Virus record (IMG/VR): IMGVR_UViG_3300035162_000505
Strand: one strand, 5' to 3'
Origin: an uncultured virus (IMG/VR IMGVR_UViG_3300035162_000505)
Taxonomy: Duplodnaviria > Heunggongvirae > Uroviricota > Caudoviricetes
DNA: 64,000 nucleotides
This document shows positions 1-9,554 of this stretch, piece after piece. Both the position numbers and the translations under genes were made by a program. The notes beneath the pieces are model-generated. The model searched no databases. It was not told the origin of the DNA and worked only from the letters and a program-made list of their open reading frames with translations. Numbering within the stretch: the first letter of the stretch is position 1; each line of letters begins with the position of its first letter.

Positions 1-205
1 CTAAAGAGATAAACATATCACCGCCTTCTTGCAAAGCCATCCAAGGTCTAAAGGTATAATACCTATTACCGTTTTTATCAAAGGTAGTTCTTAGTTGTAA
101 GACCCTACGAACAACTAGTCCACTGAAATCATCAGTAGGCCATTCTAGAACTTCGCAGATTATCTCATCTCCGCTGACTAACTTGAATTGTTTTATTTCA
201 TTCAT
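1..205 (-). CDS. Conserved T4-like hypothetical protein downstream of uvsW (partial, runs off the window)
   Basis: Read by hand. ATG at 205 overlaps the uvsW stop (TAATG). Translation MNEIKQFKLVSGDEIICEV...YYTFRPWM is open to the window edge. The KLxSGEEII-type start is typical of the gene after uvsW in marine T4-like phages. Confidence 0.7.
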   Translation of the reverse strand, partial: MNEIKQFKLVSGDEIICEVLEWPTDDFSGLVVRRVLQLRTTFDKNGNRYYTFRPWMALQEGGDMFISL

Positions 206-1692
206 TATATATCTACCTTGACAATTTTATATTTGAACTGTTCTTTTTCATATATCTTCACTCTTTCTGCGGAGTGTAGTAGTGTGTAATTTCTTTGAGC
301 CTTCCAATGTAGATCATCTGCTACATCAAATAACCTAGTCGTTCTTCCATCATCAGACTGTCTTAGTCCACGTCCAATACTCTGTAGCACTCTTATCTGC
401 GATTTACTTGGTGAAGCAAATATTATATTATGCAGATTGCGAATGTTAATACCAGTGCTGAAAGTTCCCAATGATGCAACAATTATCGAATCCTTTTGTT
501 TCTCTACGATCTTCCTTATGGCTTCCCTGTCATTAGTCTTCACGTCACCACTAACAAAAAATACTTTTCTATTAGAATCAATCTTATCACGTATCATCTC
601 AAAGAGTGGTTTTCCATGATCTGCCACACGATTGTATAATACAAGAGTGTTTCCTTCACAAGATAAAGCCAGATTAGAAATAAGATTATTGCGAGAAGGG
701 TTCCCAATGATGAAGTCAATTTCTTCCTGATATGTTTTTTTACCAAAGTTTTTCCTCACCTCTTCTGAATAATTTAATAGAAGCACCTTTATAGTTAAAT
801 CAGCAAGTGTGCTATCGTCTTGTAATGCTTTAGTCGTAGTAACCTTATACACTGGTCCGAATAGACCTTCTAGTACAAGTTTGTGTGTCAGTGTGCCATC
901 AAGAGTTCCCGTAGTTCCAAATCTATATTTTGCTTCAGTCGCTTTATTCATAATAGATGATAGCGACTTAGATTTAAACCCGTGGCACTCATCACCAACA
1001 ACCATGCCAAACTGTTCAAACCACTTCTTAGGGTATTTATATATGCTCTGCCAAGTAGATATTATGATAGCCTTGTCAGTATTCTTATCTTTCCCTGAGT
1101 ATATTCTGTGCATCCCATCTTCAGACATACCATAGTCTACAAAGTCTTGGTGCATTTGTTCTACTAAAGATGTTGTTGGAACGATGATAAGAACTCTTCC
1201 ACCCTTTGGATATGATAATCCATTAGATAAATGATATAACCAATACTTTGCTAGGATGTATATTATAAAAGACTTACCAGAACCTGTTGGTGACAAAAGT
1301 ATGCCTCTACTACGCTCTAAAGCCTTTAGAACGGCATCATACTGGTATTCTCTGGGCATGAAGGGTAGGTTGTCATTTTCGAGGTAATGATTTAAATCAG
1401 TGATCTTATCTTTAACCAGAGGAAAACCATACTTAGTTTCTTCTGTATCTAAAGTATAACCACGCTCTTGACAAAACTTCATTAGATACATATAAAGTCC
1501 AGCATTCAATTCGCCTGTCATACGATTGAATAACTTTATCTTGCCATCCCATATCTTATTCTTATAGGCTGGCATAAACTTGTATCCCGGAACGTAAAAA
1601 GAAAAGTAATCAGATAGTTCATATGCAAAGCCACCTTCGCAATCAACATACATCATACTGTAGTCTTTTAACTTAACGGTTATGTCAGCCAT
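205..1692 (-). CDS. uvsW: UvsW RNA-DNA/DNA-DNA superfamily 2 helicase
   Basis: Walker A SPTGSGKS, DECH box, GTTGT, QSIGRGLR motif VI, N-terminal WDGKIKLF; syntenic with uvsY. Confidence 0.95.
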   Translation of the reverse strand: MADITVKLKDYSMMYVDCEGGFAYELSDYFSFYVPGYKFMPAYKNKIWDGKIKLFNRMTGELNAGLYMYLMKFCQERGYTLDTEETKYGFPLVKDKITDLNHYLENDNLPFMPREYQYDAVLKALERSRGILLSPTGSGKSFIIYILAKYWLYHLSNGLSYPKGGRVLIIVPTTSLVEQMHQDFVDYGMSEDGMHRIYSGKDKNTDKAIIISTWQSIYKYPKKWFEQFGMVVGDECHGFKSKSLSSIMNKATEAKYRFGTTGTLDGTLTHKLVLEGLFGPVYKVTTTKALQDDSTLADLTIKVLLLNYSEEVRKNFGKKTYQEEIDFIIGNPSRNNLISNLALSCEGNTLVLYNRVADHGKPLFEMIRDKIDSNRKVFFVSGDVKTNDREAIRKIVEKQKDSIIVASLGTFSTGINIRNLHNIIFASPSKSQIRVLQSIGRGLRQSDDGRTTRLFDVADDLHWKAQRNYTLLHSAERVKIYEKEQFKYKIVKVDI

Positions 1693-2356
1693 TTTCTTTT
1701 AGTTCTCTATACTGTTCACGTACACTCATAAACTCTTTTAGGTAATCGTGTGTGTTAACAGTGAAGATCTGTGGGTGATCGTGATCTACCGCAATCATAA
1801 TAACACCCTGCTTGATAGGAACACCTGTTCTCTCATAGAAAGCCGCCGCATAGAAAGATGCTTGGATAAAGTAGTTAGTGACCCACTCTATCTTCTTAGG
1901 CTTACGAGATGTTTTGAAATCTATTACAGATAGTTCTCCATTGTATTCAGCAATACAATCTACCTGTCCAGCACACTTAAGTCTGTCACTATAAAGGTAT
2001 TCTTCTTGAAACCAAACGTTGTCTACTCTGTCATCCATTATATCTTTGAGATGACTAAAGGTGAATAGGTTGTTGGGCATAGCATCCTTATCCCAATCAT
2101 CTACATTGTCCAGATAATCTTCTGCTAACTTGTGGACAGAAGTTCCTCTGGTAGCCGCTTGAAGAGAGATCTTATTGGCTTCTTCAGCACCAACTCTCTT
2201 GCGCCATGCTATAATACTATCTTTACTGAGGATACTAAGAACTGTTGTTATAGAAGGATACGCATTGCCTTCTGGAGTGAAATACTTACGCCCACCCTTA
2301 CTTGTCTTCCTAGTCATTTTTGGTAAACTAATACCGTGATCTACATGATTAAACAT
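1685..2356 (-). CDS. PD-(D/E)xK exonuclease (Cas4/MGME1-like phage exonuclease)
   Basis: YPSITTVL, RGTSVH, AGQVDCIAE...IDFKTS and YFIQ motifs. Confidence 0.85.
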   Translation of the reverse strand: MFNHVDHGISLPKMTRKTSKGGRKYFTPEGNAYPSITTVLSILSKDSIIAWRKRVGAEEANKISLQAATRGTSVHKLAEDYLDNVDDWDKDAMPNNLFTFSHLKDIMDDRVDNVWFQEEYLYSDRLKCAGQVDCIAEYNGELSVIDFKTSRKPKKIEWVTNYFIQASFYAAAFYERTGVPIKQGVIMIAVDHDHPQIFTVNTHDYLKEFMSVREQYRELKENG

Positions 2357-2802
2357 TATCCACCCGCTTCAAATACTTTCCATTTTATAATATTACCAAT
2401 AGTTTGATGCCGCCACTTAAGAGCATCTACTATGTCTGTAGTTGTATTTATAAGGGTCTTTAAGTACTCTATTTTCATCTCAGACTCTTGGATCTCAATA
2501 TCAGAGTCGTAGTAATAGTTCATATCACCCTTAAGGATCTTAAGGCCATTGAGAGGATCGTAGTTCCAACCACGAGCTTCTATTTCTTCTTGGTCCATCT
2601 TACCATTATAGTATAGCCACTTGTTCTTAAGTAAAATCTTTTGATCCATCTCAGTTTTCTTAAGACGCAACTTAGCGTTTGCCAAGACTTCAAGATACTT
2701 GGCATGATGCTTTGGAGTTGAGCGAGAGGTCTCTGCTAAATCATTTCTAGGGATTTGACAATCTTCTTGCCAAGCCGCAATGACTTCTTCTAATGTTTTC
2801 AT
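2356..2802 (-). CDS. uvsY: UvsY recombination mediator
   Basis: PKHHAKYL, KWLYYNGK, C-terminal IGNIIKWKVFEAGG; 148 aa; synteny. Confidence 0.88.
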   Translation of the reverse strand: MKTLEEVIAAWQEDCQIPRNDLAETSRSTPKHHAKYLEVLANAKLRLKKTEMDQKILLKNKWLYYNGKMDQEEIEARGWNYDPLNGLKILKGDMNYYYDSDIEIQESEMKIEYLKTLINTTTDIVDALKWRHQTIGNIIKWKVFEAGG

Positions 2803-2818
2803 AATATACTTTCGTTTG

Positions 2819-3361
2819 TTACTTCAGTTCAAAATAAGAAAATCTAAATGATGCTGGGAATGTTATGAAAGATACGTCACCTGATGTAGATTCCAATGTC
2901 ATGTCACCAAGACTTGTTGGAATACAATCAATGTATCTGATCTGTCTAACCTTGTTATTATTACTACTTAGAATGTTCAAAGTAATATCAGCATATGTAG
3001 GTGGCTTAGAGGCTGTCCTATACAAAGGTGTATTATCTTGTAGTTCTATAGTTCTCTCCAACCATTTATACATCTCTGTATAAGCATTAAGATTTTCGTC
3101 AACTATTATCATAGCAGTTAATTCACCAAATGTCAACTTATCTCCAGCAAAAGGTATAGAAGAAATTCTCTTATATGGGACTTCTATGGGGTTAGATGAC
3201 AACGATGGATGCATAACAGTCTGACAAAAGAACTCTAGGTTCTGAAAATGCTTGTGATCAATAGTAAGTTTAAAAGCATTTGGTTGCAAGTAGTTAACAT
3301 TATTCAACGATGAAGCTGATGTTGTGGTATCTACCGCTAATGTTGGATTTAATGTAGGCAT
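2819..3361 (-). CDS. gp3: Tail completion / sheath stabiliser (tube terminator) gp3
   Basis: NYLQPNAFKL, FFCQ, GDKLTFGEL, VDENL..Y.EMYKW tail-tube-fold motifs; lies between g23 and uvsY. Confidence 0.85.
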   Translation of the reverse strand: MPTLNPTLAVDTTTSASSLNNVNYLQPNAFKLTIDHKHFQNLEFFCQTVMHPSLSSNPIEVPYKRISSIPFAGDKLTFGELTAMIIVDENLNAYTEMYKWLERTIELQDNTPLYRTASKPPTYADITLNILSSNNNKVRQIRYIDCIPTSLGDMTLESTSGDVSFITFPASFRFSYFELK

Positions 3362-3391
3362 AAGTTGTTCCTAAAAAACTCTGTATAACTG

Positions 3392-3399
3392 TATTTATA
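3392..3399 (-). promoter_or_regulatory. T4 late promoter (gp55) for g3
   Basis: TATAAATA on the minus strand about 30 nt upstream of g3. Confidence 0.8.
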
Positions 3400-3402
3400 C
3401 CC

Positions 3403-3432
3403 TTGACACAGGCTCTTTTATATGTTAATAAT
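3403..3432 (+). promoter_or_regulatory. Sigma70-type early promoter
   Basis: TTGACA (3403-3408), 17 nt, then TG-n-TAATAAT, upstream of the 113-aa ORF. Confidence 0.7.
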
Positions 3433-3462
3433 AGTATGTAAGCAATAGAAAAGGCGAATCAC

Positions 3463-3804
3463 ATGACACAATTTGATAAATCTAAGTTTAACTATCATGG
3501 TGGTTACTTAATGTATAGAGGTGATTATGAGGGCAGACCAGTATATCCTGATGGCCCTAACGTTCACCCTACTATGGTTGGACGTGGTGTTGATCTGTTT
3601 ATCGCACGTTTCAAGCATCGGGGTGCTCCTATCACCAAATCACAGTTTATGAAAGAACTTTGTGAGTCGTTTACTGTTGAAGAATTTGCGGTTGCCACTA
3701 CTGGAAACTCTCTAAGTTCTGCGCCTGTTAATGTTCTGAAGGATAATAACCCTGAGTGGTATGAGAACATTATGAGCAAATGGTTAATGAAACAGGCCGC
3801 ATAA
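3463..3804 (+). CDS. Hypothetical early protein (113 aa) inserted against the late operon
   Basis: ORF with its own promoter, AAAGG SD and downstream terminator. Confidence 0.8.
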   Translation: MTQFDKSKFNYHGGYLMYRGDYEGRPVYPDGPNVHPTMVGRGVDLFIARFKHRGAPITKSQFMKELCESFTVEEFAVATTGNSLSSAPVNVLKDNNPEWYENIMSKWLMKQAA

Positions 3805-3835
3805 AAAAAGCGCACCATCAGGCCAGACAGTGCGC
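3803..3835 (-). terminator. Rho-independent terminator of g23
   Basis: Minus-strand GCGCACTGTC-loop-GATGGTGCGC (with G-U pairs) followed by T7. Confidence 0.8.
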
Positions 3836-3842
3836 TAAGTGC

Positions 3843-3868
3843 GGGGGGGTTTAATCCCCCCCTTTTTT
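3843..3868 (+). terminator. Rho-independent terminator of the 113-aa gene
   Basis: G7-TTTAAT-C7 hairpin followed by T6. Confidence 0.8.
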
Positions 3869-3878
3869 ATATTTAAAT

Positions 3879-5219
3879 CTATGTGAGAATGTTGTCTACA
3901 CGGAAGATTCTGTAGTACTGGTTAGTACGTGCAGTCGCAAGACCATCAGCGGGTGCGGCACCTACGAATGGGTTAGACGCCATGCCATAACGAGTTTTGA
4001 ACCCGATACGTGGCTGGAAGTCGTTCTCACCTACGGCACGAACCATTGTTAAAGGTACATATGGGCAATAGAATACACCAGCGTCATATGGGTTAGAACC
4101 TTTATAGCCTACGTTGATGTAGTCGGAAGTTGCATATGGGTCAATATATACCCGAATACGACCATTCAACACACCAGCGAAAGTGTTACCTGTGTCATCA
4201 ACATTTAAGTTTGTTGACAATGCTGGAGAATAATCCAACATACCAGAAGCGGCAAGTGCAGAAGCTACGTCTGAAGAACAGATAATAAAGTTACCTTTTC
4301 CTCTTCGTGTTTCTTTAGCAATCACGTTAGCTTCACGATCAAGCTGTACGCCTAGACCTTTGAACTTCTCAGCACTCCAACGACCATCAGCATCGCTTGA
4401 CAAGTCAAAGATACCTTTTACAGTAACGTTAGCTTGACGTGCGCCGATTTTGGCTTGGCTGTTGATTGTACGGATTACTTCACGGTTAATTTCCGCAAGG
4501 ATCTCAGTTGACAGAATGTTGGCTAACTCTGTTTCAGCGTCAAGACCATGAATTGCTTTCAAGTCCTGTGCTAATTCTAGAGTGTACTCAGCTTTCAAAG
4601 CACGTGACTTTGCGGTCACTGTTGCTTTTTCAATGCTGAAGCCCATTTCTGAGAATGCTTCACCACCAGATACGCCTAAACCTTCAGCTTCCGCTGTAGT
4701 ATATGCGTCACCAGTGTAAGGTACATTTGCTGAACCAGAGTCAACGATAGAACCATCGGCATCTGTATCAGTTACACCAGCAAGACCTGAAGGTGAACCG
4801 TTAGCAGTTGTTGCTGAGTCACCAGAGAAGCCTACTGCCGCTTCGTTGAATAGTGCCTCATCACCGACAGATACGCCAGCTTTAGTTGTTTTGTAGTTTG
4901 ACTTCATTGCGAAGATCAAGCCTGTTGGACCTGACATTGGCTGAACACCAGCAACGTCATATGCCATCATGTTTGGCATCGCACGTCTGACGAGTGAAAT
5001 CAGAATTGGGTTCCAGTTGTCAGCCGCACCTGTTGCGGCAGTACCAGCACCAGCGGCGTTAGCCGCTACTTCTTGTAAACCTTGCTCTTGCAGGGCTTTC
5101 TCAGTGTTCTCTAGAACAGCCGCCGTAACAGAACGCTTGTGAGCATCGGTAATAGAACCCGCTGACTCTTCGTTCAATACTGGTGACCACTTCTCTACGA
5201 GACGATCATAAGTTTCCAT
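3879..5219 (-). CDS. gp23: Major capsid protein
   Basis: LVRRAMPN, GVQPMSGPTGLIFAM, KSRALKAEYTLELAQDLKAIHGLDAE, FYCPYVPL, FQPRIGFKTRYG. Confidence 0.99.
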   Translation of the reverse strand: METYDRLVEKWSPVLNEESAGSITDAHKRSVTAAVLENTEKALQEQGLQEVAANAAGAGTAATGAADNWNPILISLVRRAMPNMMAYDVAGVQPMSGPTGLIFAMKSNYKTTKAGVSVGDEALFNEAAVGFSGDSATTANGSPSGLAGVTDTDADGSIVDSGSANVPYTGDAYTTAEAEGLGVSGGEAFSEMGFSIEKATVTAKSRALKAEYTLELAQDLKAIHGLDAETELANILSTEILAEINREVIRTINSQAKIGARQANVTVKGIFDLSSDADGRWSAEKFKGLGVQLDREANVIAKETRRGKGNFIICSSDVASALAASGMLDYSPALSTNLNVDDTGNTFAGVLNGRIRVYIDPYATSDYINVGYKGSNPYDAGVFYCPYVPLTMVRAVGENDFQPRIGFKTRYGMASNPFVGAAPADGLATARTNQYYRIFRVDNILT

Positions 5220-5236
5220 AATTGGATCTCCTTAAC

Positions 5237-6193
5237 TTACTTAGTTGTTTTTCTTATTGCGTTTAGGTAACTTTCCATTGCCGCTGAAGTTTCTACAGTG
5301 TCATCCGCTGTATCATCTTCTGTTTCTTCTGCGATAATAGATGTTGCAGTTTTCTGTGAGAAATATGATTCTTTCAGAGTTGCCACTTTATTAGTGAAAG
5401 ACTCTTCTGATTCAAAATCAACAGATTCTGCTAGTTTGGCAAGCTTTTCAACCTGAGTTTCTGCTAGATCTTTGGACGCTTCACGAATAATCGCTTCACG
5501 CTTGTATGTTTCTAACTCTTCTGAGATTGTCATAGCTTTAGCAACTGCTTCGTTATACTGCTCTTCTAGTTCTTCGTTTGCAGTTGCAAGTTCGTCTACT
5601 AGGTCAACTTTGGACTCAGGGACTTCAACATAAGATTCTACAAACAAGTCTTTCAACTTATCCATAAAGCCTTCAGCAATTTCTGAACGTAGTCCAGATT
5701 GTATTGCTAGTTTGTTATCGTCCATCCACTGTTCAACCACATAGTTTAGGTAGCTGTCCACTTTCTCTACGAGATCGTTTTTAGTTTCAGAAACTTCTTC
5801 TGCCAACTGATCGGCATATTCTGTTTCTAAACGATTGATCTCTGTTGAGATTTTGGATTTAACCGCCGCTTCAAAGATGATTGCTGTTTTAGCTTTAAAC
5901 TCATCACTGAGTGTAGCTTCAGATTCAACGAGAGCATTCAAGTCTTCACTAAAATCTCCATCGATATCGACAGACTCGGCTTTCATTGCGCCAGCATCGC
6001 CTTTTTGCATTGGTTCGCTTGTTCCCTTATCACCCTTACGCTTCTTAGCGACCGGGCCTTTTTTCTCAGCGGCATCAACAGATGCTAGTGATTGGGCTTC
6101 AGCATTCTTAGGATCGTGAGCTTCTTTCTCTACAAGATCGGTTTCCGACTCGTCTAGAAGTTCTACATCCTGTTCTTCGATTTGATCAGCCAT
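5237..6193 (-). CDS. gp22: Prohead core scaffold protein
   Basis: Acidic coiled coil with IFEAAV and LVEKVDSYLNYVVEQW. Start moved to ATG 6193 because AAGGAG precedes it. Confidence 0.93.
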   Translation of the reverse strand: MADQIEEQDVELLDESETDLVEKEAHDPKNAEAQSLASVDAAEKKGPVAKKRKGDKGTSEPMQKGDAGAMKAESVDIDGDFSEDLNALVESEATLSDEFKAKTAIIFEAAVKSKISTEINRLETEYADQLAEEVSETKNDLVEKVDSYLNYVVEQWMDDNKLAIQSGLRSEIAEGFMDKLKDLFVESYVEVPESKVDLVDELATANEELEEQYNEAVAKAMTISEELETYKREAIIREASKDLAETQVEKLAKLAESVDFESEESFTNKVATLKESYFSQKTATSIIAEETEDDTADDTVETSAAMESYLNAIRKTTK

Positions 6194-6207
6194 GTTAGAC
6201 TCCTTAA

Positions 6208-6864
6208 TCATGTTTGTTTCAATAACGAGAGGAAATTCTTGTACTCACGCACTTGCGTCTCATAAAGATCCGCACGTGGAGCATTTTTTATTTCAGTCTC
6301 TATTCTTTCAATTTCTTGAGCTTCAATGATGCCATTATTCCAAACCCACTCTACACCTTCCATTATCCCATTAACAAAAGCATTTGGTGCAGATGGATCT
6401 TGTACGATATCAACCGTATTAAGCATAAAATCATCTTTGACGTACATAGTTCCGTTACGTTGCTCAAGGCTACCCATACCACGAGTTGACACACCTAGTT
6501 GAACGCCGCCCTCAAGTAAACCTTTTACGATATTACCCATTGGAGTATCCAGTATTTGTGCCTTACCCACAACATCATTTCCCTTCCAAGAAAGTTCTGT
6601 GATTTTGTGGGATACTTTATCCAAGTTAACAGTGGGTCCATCAGGGTGATTTAACTCACCAACCGCTCTGTTCTTGGAAACCTGTTCGTCCACATATTTA
6701 CCAACTGCCTTTTCCATTATAGGCTTTGGATATATGCGTCCGTTTCTATTCTTTGATTCAGCTTGCATGAAGACGCCTTCAATCACATGGGATTTTGTGC
6801 CATCTTCTTTTTTCTCTACTATGCACTGAACATCTGTTTCAGTGTATTCTGTGATCAGCTTCAT
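6208..6864 (-). CDS. gp21: Prohead protease
   Basis: KNRNGRIYP, GELNHP, GVSTRGMGS, DIVQDPSAPNAFV. Confidence 0.97.
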   Translation of the reverse strand: MKLITEYTETDVQCIVEKKEDGTKSHVIEGVFMQAESKNRNGRIYPKPIMEKAVGKYVDEQVSKNRAVGELNHPDGPTVNLDKVSHKITELSWKGNDVVGKAQILDTPMGNIVKGLLEGGVQLGVSTRGMGSLEQRNGTMYVKDDFMLNTVDIVQDPSAPNAFVNGIMEGVEWVWNNGIIEAQEIERIETEIKNAPRADLYETQVREYKNFLSLLKQT

Positions 6865-6868
6865 CTAA

Positions 6869-7084
6869 TTAACCTTTATATTGTTTAACAAATTCTTTAG
6901 CCATTTTCTCAGCTTCTTTCTGAGACTTATAGTCATCGAGTCTGTCACCATCTATATACACAACAAAACCGTTCTTCTCTTTATGAATCATTACGGGAAG
7001 CCCACTGATCTTTTTCTTAAAGACCATTTCGCCAGAAGGTTTCCTACCAGCAAGTTCCCTTATATTTCTAAACGTTTTTGTCAT
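6869..7084 (-). CDS. Small head-region protein (gp68-like position)
   Basis: 71-aa ORF between g20 and g21 with its own late promoter and AAAGGT SD. Confidence 0.65.
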   Translation of the reverse strand: MTKTFRNIRELAGRKPSGEMVFKKKISGLPVMIHKEKNGFVVYIDGDRLDDYKSQKEAEKMAKEFVKQYKG

Positions 7085-7095
7085 ATTATTACCTT

Positions 7096-7103
7096 TATTT
7101 ATA
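7096..7103 (-). promoter_or_regulatory. T4 late promoter
   Basis: TATAAATA upstream of the 71-aa ORF and g21. Confidence 0.75.
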
Positions 7104-7129
7104 CTAAAAAGATTTTTGACATGATATAA

Positions 7130-7435
7130 TTATTCTTCTGTTTCGTCTTCTTCTTCAGTATCATCGTCATCTTCATCGTCTAACTCATCTATAGCCGCAT
7201 CGATATCTTCTTCAGAAGGATCATCATCATCTAATTCTTCTTCTGCGCCATTAAACATCTGAGCCGCAACAGCAATCTTTTCTTGATCTAACGCATCATC
7301 CATCTTTGCTTGTAGCAATTCGTGGAATGTAGGTGCCGCTTTAGAAAAGTCATCGTCTACTACATTCTGAATAAAACTATTCATTTTAGCATCTTGACTC
7401 ATTTCTGGCTGTTCAAGTGGTTGATCTATACTCAT
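7130..7435 (-). CDS. Acidic prohead core protein (gp67-like)
   Basis: Very acidic D/E tail, directly after the portal gene as g67 is in T4. Confidence 0.7.
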   Translation of the reverse strand: MSIDQPLEQPEMSQDAKMNSFIQNVVDDDFSKAAPTFHELLQAKMDDALDQEKIAVAAQMFNGAEEELDDDDPSEEDIDAAIDELDDEDDDDTEEEDETEE

Positions 7436-8946
7436 TGTTGTTCTTCCTCATCATCGGTTTCAATTTCGCCAGATTCTTTTTCTTTAGTAATCTGATCTTT
7501 CATTTGCTTTATACCATCATCATCAAGCATTAATACATTCTTAAGCACGTATTCCTTAGAGAAGAACTCTCCAACATATTGTTGTACTTGATCTAGTTGT
7601 TGTAATCTATTTGCTAATAACTCTGCATCTTTAAGTTCTGTGAAATGATTGTCTCTTATATAGTCAACTGTAATATCGTTTTTCCAGTTGTTCCAATCAT
7701 CTTCAGTGATAAGACCCTTCATGATTAGTTGCTTCTTCAGAACTTCTGTGAAAAGCATACCAAATCTATTACGTAGTCTGTCAATAAACTTCTGAAACTT
7801 AACTTCATCTCTAGAGATCTCTGTGGATCTACCTAAAGAGAACTGTGTCTCTTGCTCAAGTCTACTAACTGGAACGTTCAGTGATCTATACAAACGCTTC
7901 TGGAAGTATATAATATCATCAATCTGTCCAAGGTTCTCACCGCCGGGGAGTGTTGATATCTCTGTACCTCTACCACCTTCACGGCGAGGTAGCCAGAAGT
8001 CTTCAAGCATTGACATATGCTTACGATCATCTCTGATCTTACCAGTGTCTGCATCATATACAAGTTTATTACGGTAACGAGCCATAATATCTTTCATATA
8101 TGTTTCGGCTTTACCTCTTGGTAAGTTACCTACATCAATATAGAATATACGTCTTTCGGGTGCTCTGGCTAGTCTGTAAATAACTAGAGAGTCTTCCATC
8201 ATACGCAACTGATTGATTGGCTTTAGTGCTTTGTGTAAGTGAGAAACTACACGCTTACGAGTGGCATCTAAAAGACCTGATGTTACATAAGAAACTGAGT
8301 CATTAGATAGTTTAACACCAGAGGTTTGTGACCCCGGCTTCTCTTGGTAAATGTAGAACTCATTAACTGAGTCTACTAGACTAGCGCCTGTTACTACATC
8401 TTTTTTCTTCTTAACTTCTTTTACTTTGCGGATCTTAGAAGAATCGATTGGTCTTATTTCTTGAATACCAGCCTTTAAGTTCTTCTCATCTACAACTAAG
8501 TGGTGGTAGATACGTCCATCGACATACCAACGTCTAAACATATCATGACCTAAATCATTAAAGTTTAGCATGGATACGATAGTGTCAAACTCTTCAGTGA
8601 TTTGTTTCTTAAGTGAGTCACTGAGACCTTCAACATTATCTAATATTAGATTTACTGAACTCTCACTCTCGCTTGATATAACGCTTTCGTTCACAATATC
8701 TTCTATCGCCGCATCAACCTCAGGGTGAGTAGCAACTGCACGATATTGTTGAATATTCTGTAAGTTATCTTTAGCGTGGTCTTCACCACCAATATTAACA
8801 TAAGTGCCATAGTGAGCACCAGCCGAAGTAACATAACCAGCACCATCCTGATCAACAGGTGGAACAATAGAAGTAAGCTTTTCATCTTGCTTCTTCTTAG
8901 AACGTTTGATTTCAAAACCAAATAATTTAATAGAATCGTCTGCCAT
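7432..8946 (-). CDS. gp20: Portal protein
   Basis: HPEVDAAIEDIVNE, WYVDGR, YRLARAPERRIFYIDVGN, EDFWLPRREGGRGTEI. Confidence 0.98.
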   Translation of the reverse strand: MADDSIKLFGFEIKRSKKKQDEKLTSIVPPVDQDGAGYVTSAGAHYGTYVNIGGEDHAKDNLQNIQQYRAVATHPEVDAAIEDIVNESVISSESESSVNLILDNVEGLSDSLKKQITEEFDTIVSMLNFNDLGHDMFRRWYVDGRIYHHLVVDEKNLKAGIQEIRPIDSSKIRKVKEVKKKKDVVTGASLVDSVNEFYIYQEKPGSQTSGVKLSNDSVSYVTSGLLDATRKRVVSHLHKALKPINQLRMMEDSLVIYRLARAPERRIFYIDVGNLPRGKAETYMKDIMARYRNKLVYDADTGKIRDDRKHMSMLEDFWLPRREGGRGTEISTLPGGENLGQIDDIIYFQKRLYRSLNVPVSRLEQETQFSLGRSTEISRDEVKFQKFIDRLRNRFGMLFTEVLKKQLIMKGLITEDDWNNWKNDITVDYIRDNHFTELKDAELLANRLQQLDQVQQYVGEFFSKEYVLKNVLMLDDDGIKQMKDQITKEKESGEIETDDEEEQQ

Positions 8947-8970
8947 TGTAATTCCTAGTGTTGTGGAGGT

Positions 8971-8993
8971 AGAGGGGCCATCACAGCCCCTCT
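8971..8993 (-). other. Stable hairpin in the g20 leader
   Basis: AGAGGGGC-7nt-GCCCCTCT inverted repeat with no U-run in the sense direction. Confidence 0.7.
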
Positions 8994-9000
8994 TGTTCTT

Positions 9001-9008
9001 TATTTATA
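9001..9008 (-). promoter_or_regulatory. T4 late promoter for g20
   Basis: TATAAATA in the g19-g20 gap. Confidence 0.8.
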
Positions 9009-9014
9009 CTCCGT

Positions 9015-9542
9015 TTAAGAAGTGGTTGCGGCTTCCCAATATTGCATTTGGAACTCTACCGTAAACTTCTCAATCTCATTTTCTGAAGCATAGTTCAGAT
9101 CGATTGGAGAAACGTTAGTAGGGAAGCAACCTCTAAAGTTATAAGTCTTTAATGTAGAACCATCTTTGTCAAGTTGTTCAACAACAAGGTCTGCTTCGTA
9201 ATCAACAGGATTGGTTAAACCAGTATTAGTGCTGTGTGCATTCATACCGTTCATCCAACGTTCCATTGCGTCACGAACATTAAAGTCTGTATCATTAATG
9301 ATAGAGGGTGTCCATGTTTCAAATGTACGATCCCCTGCCATCTTTAATTGTCTACCTCTAAAGGGAACAATTATTGTTGCCATAGTGGAAGCGGGAAGTT
9401 GTGCCGCTTCACACATGAAAGATGTAAGCTCTACATCTCCGTTTGCATAGCCCGGAAAGTTAATCGTGGCTTTGAAGAGATTAGGTCTCGCTCCACCACC
9501 ACGTAACTTGGCTTTAAAATCATCTACGCCTAGTACTGCCAT
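9015..9542 (-). CDS. gp19: Tail tube protein
   Basis: GGARPNLF, PFRGRQLKMAGDRTFETW, FPTNVSPIDL, IEKFTVEF. Confidence 0.96.
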   Translation of the reverse strand: MAVLGVDDFKAKLRGGGARPNLFKATINFPGYANGDVELTSFMCEAAQLPASTMATIIVPFRGRQLKMAGDRTFETWTPSIINDTDFNVRDAMERWMNGMNAHSTNTGLTNPVDYEADLVVEQLDKDGSTLKTYNFRGCFPTNVSPIDLNYASENEIEKFTVEFQMQYWEAATTS

Positions 9543-9554
9543 CTTCTTATCTCC

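Noticed and set aside
1034..1041. TATAAATA inside uvsW
   Set aside because: Far from any start codon and explained by the IYKY codons; chance copies are expected.
1685..2356. Cas4-like nuclease as a sign of a CRISPR system
   Set aside because: No cas genes or repeat-spacer array nearby; this is the ordinary exonuclease found beside uvsY/uvsW.
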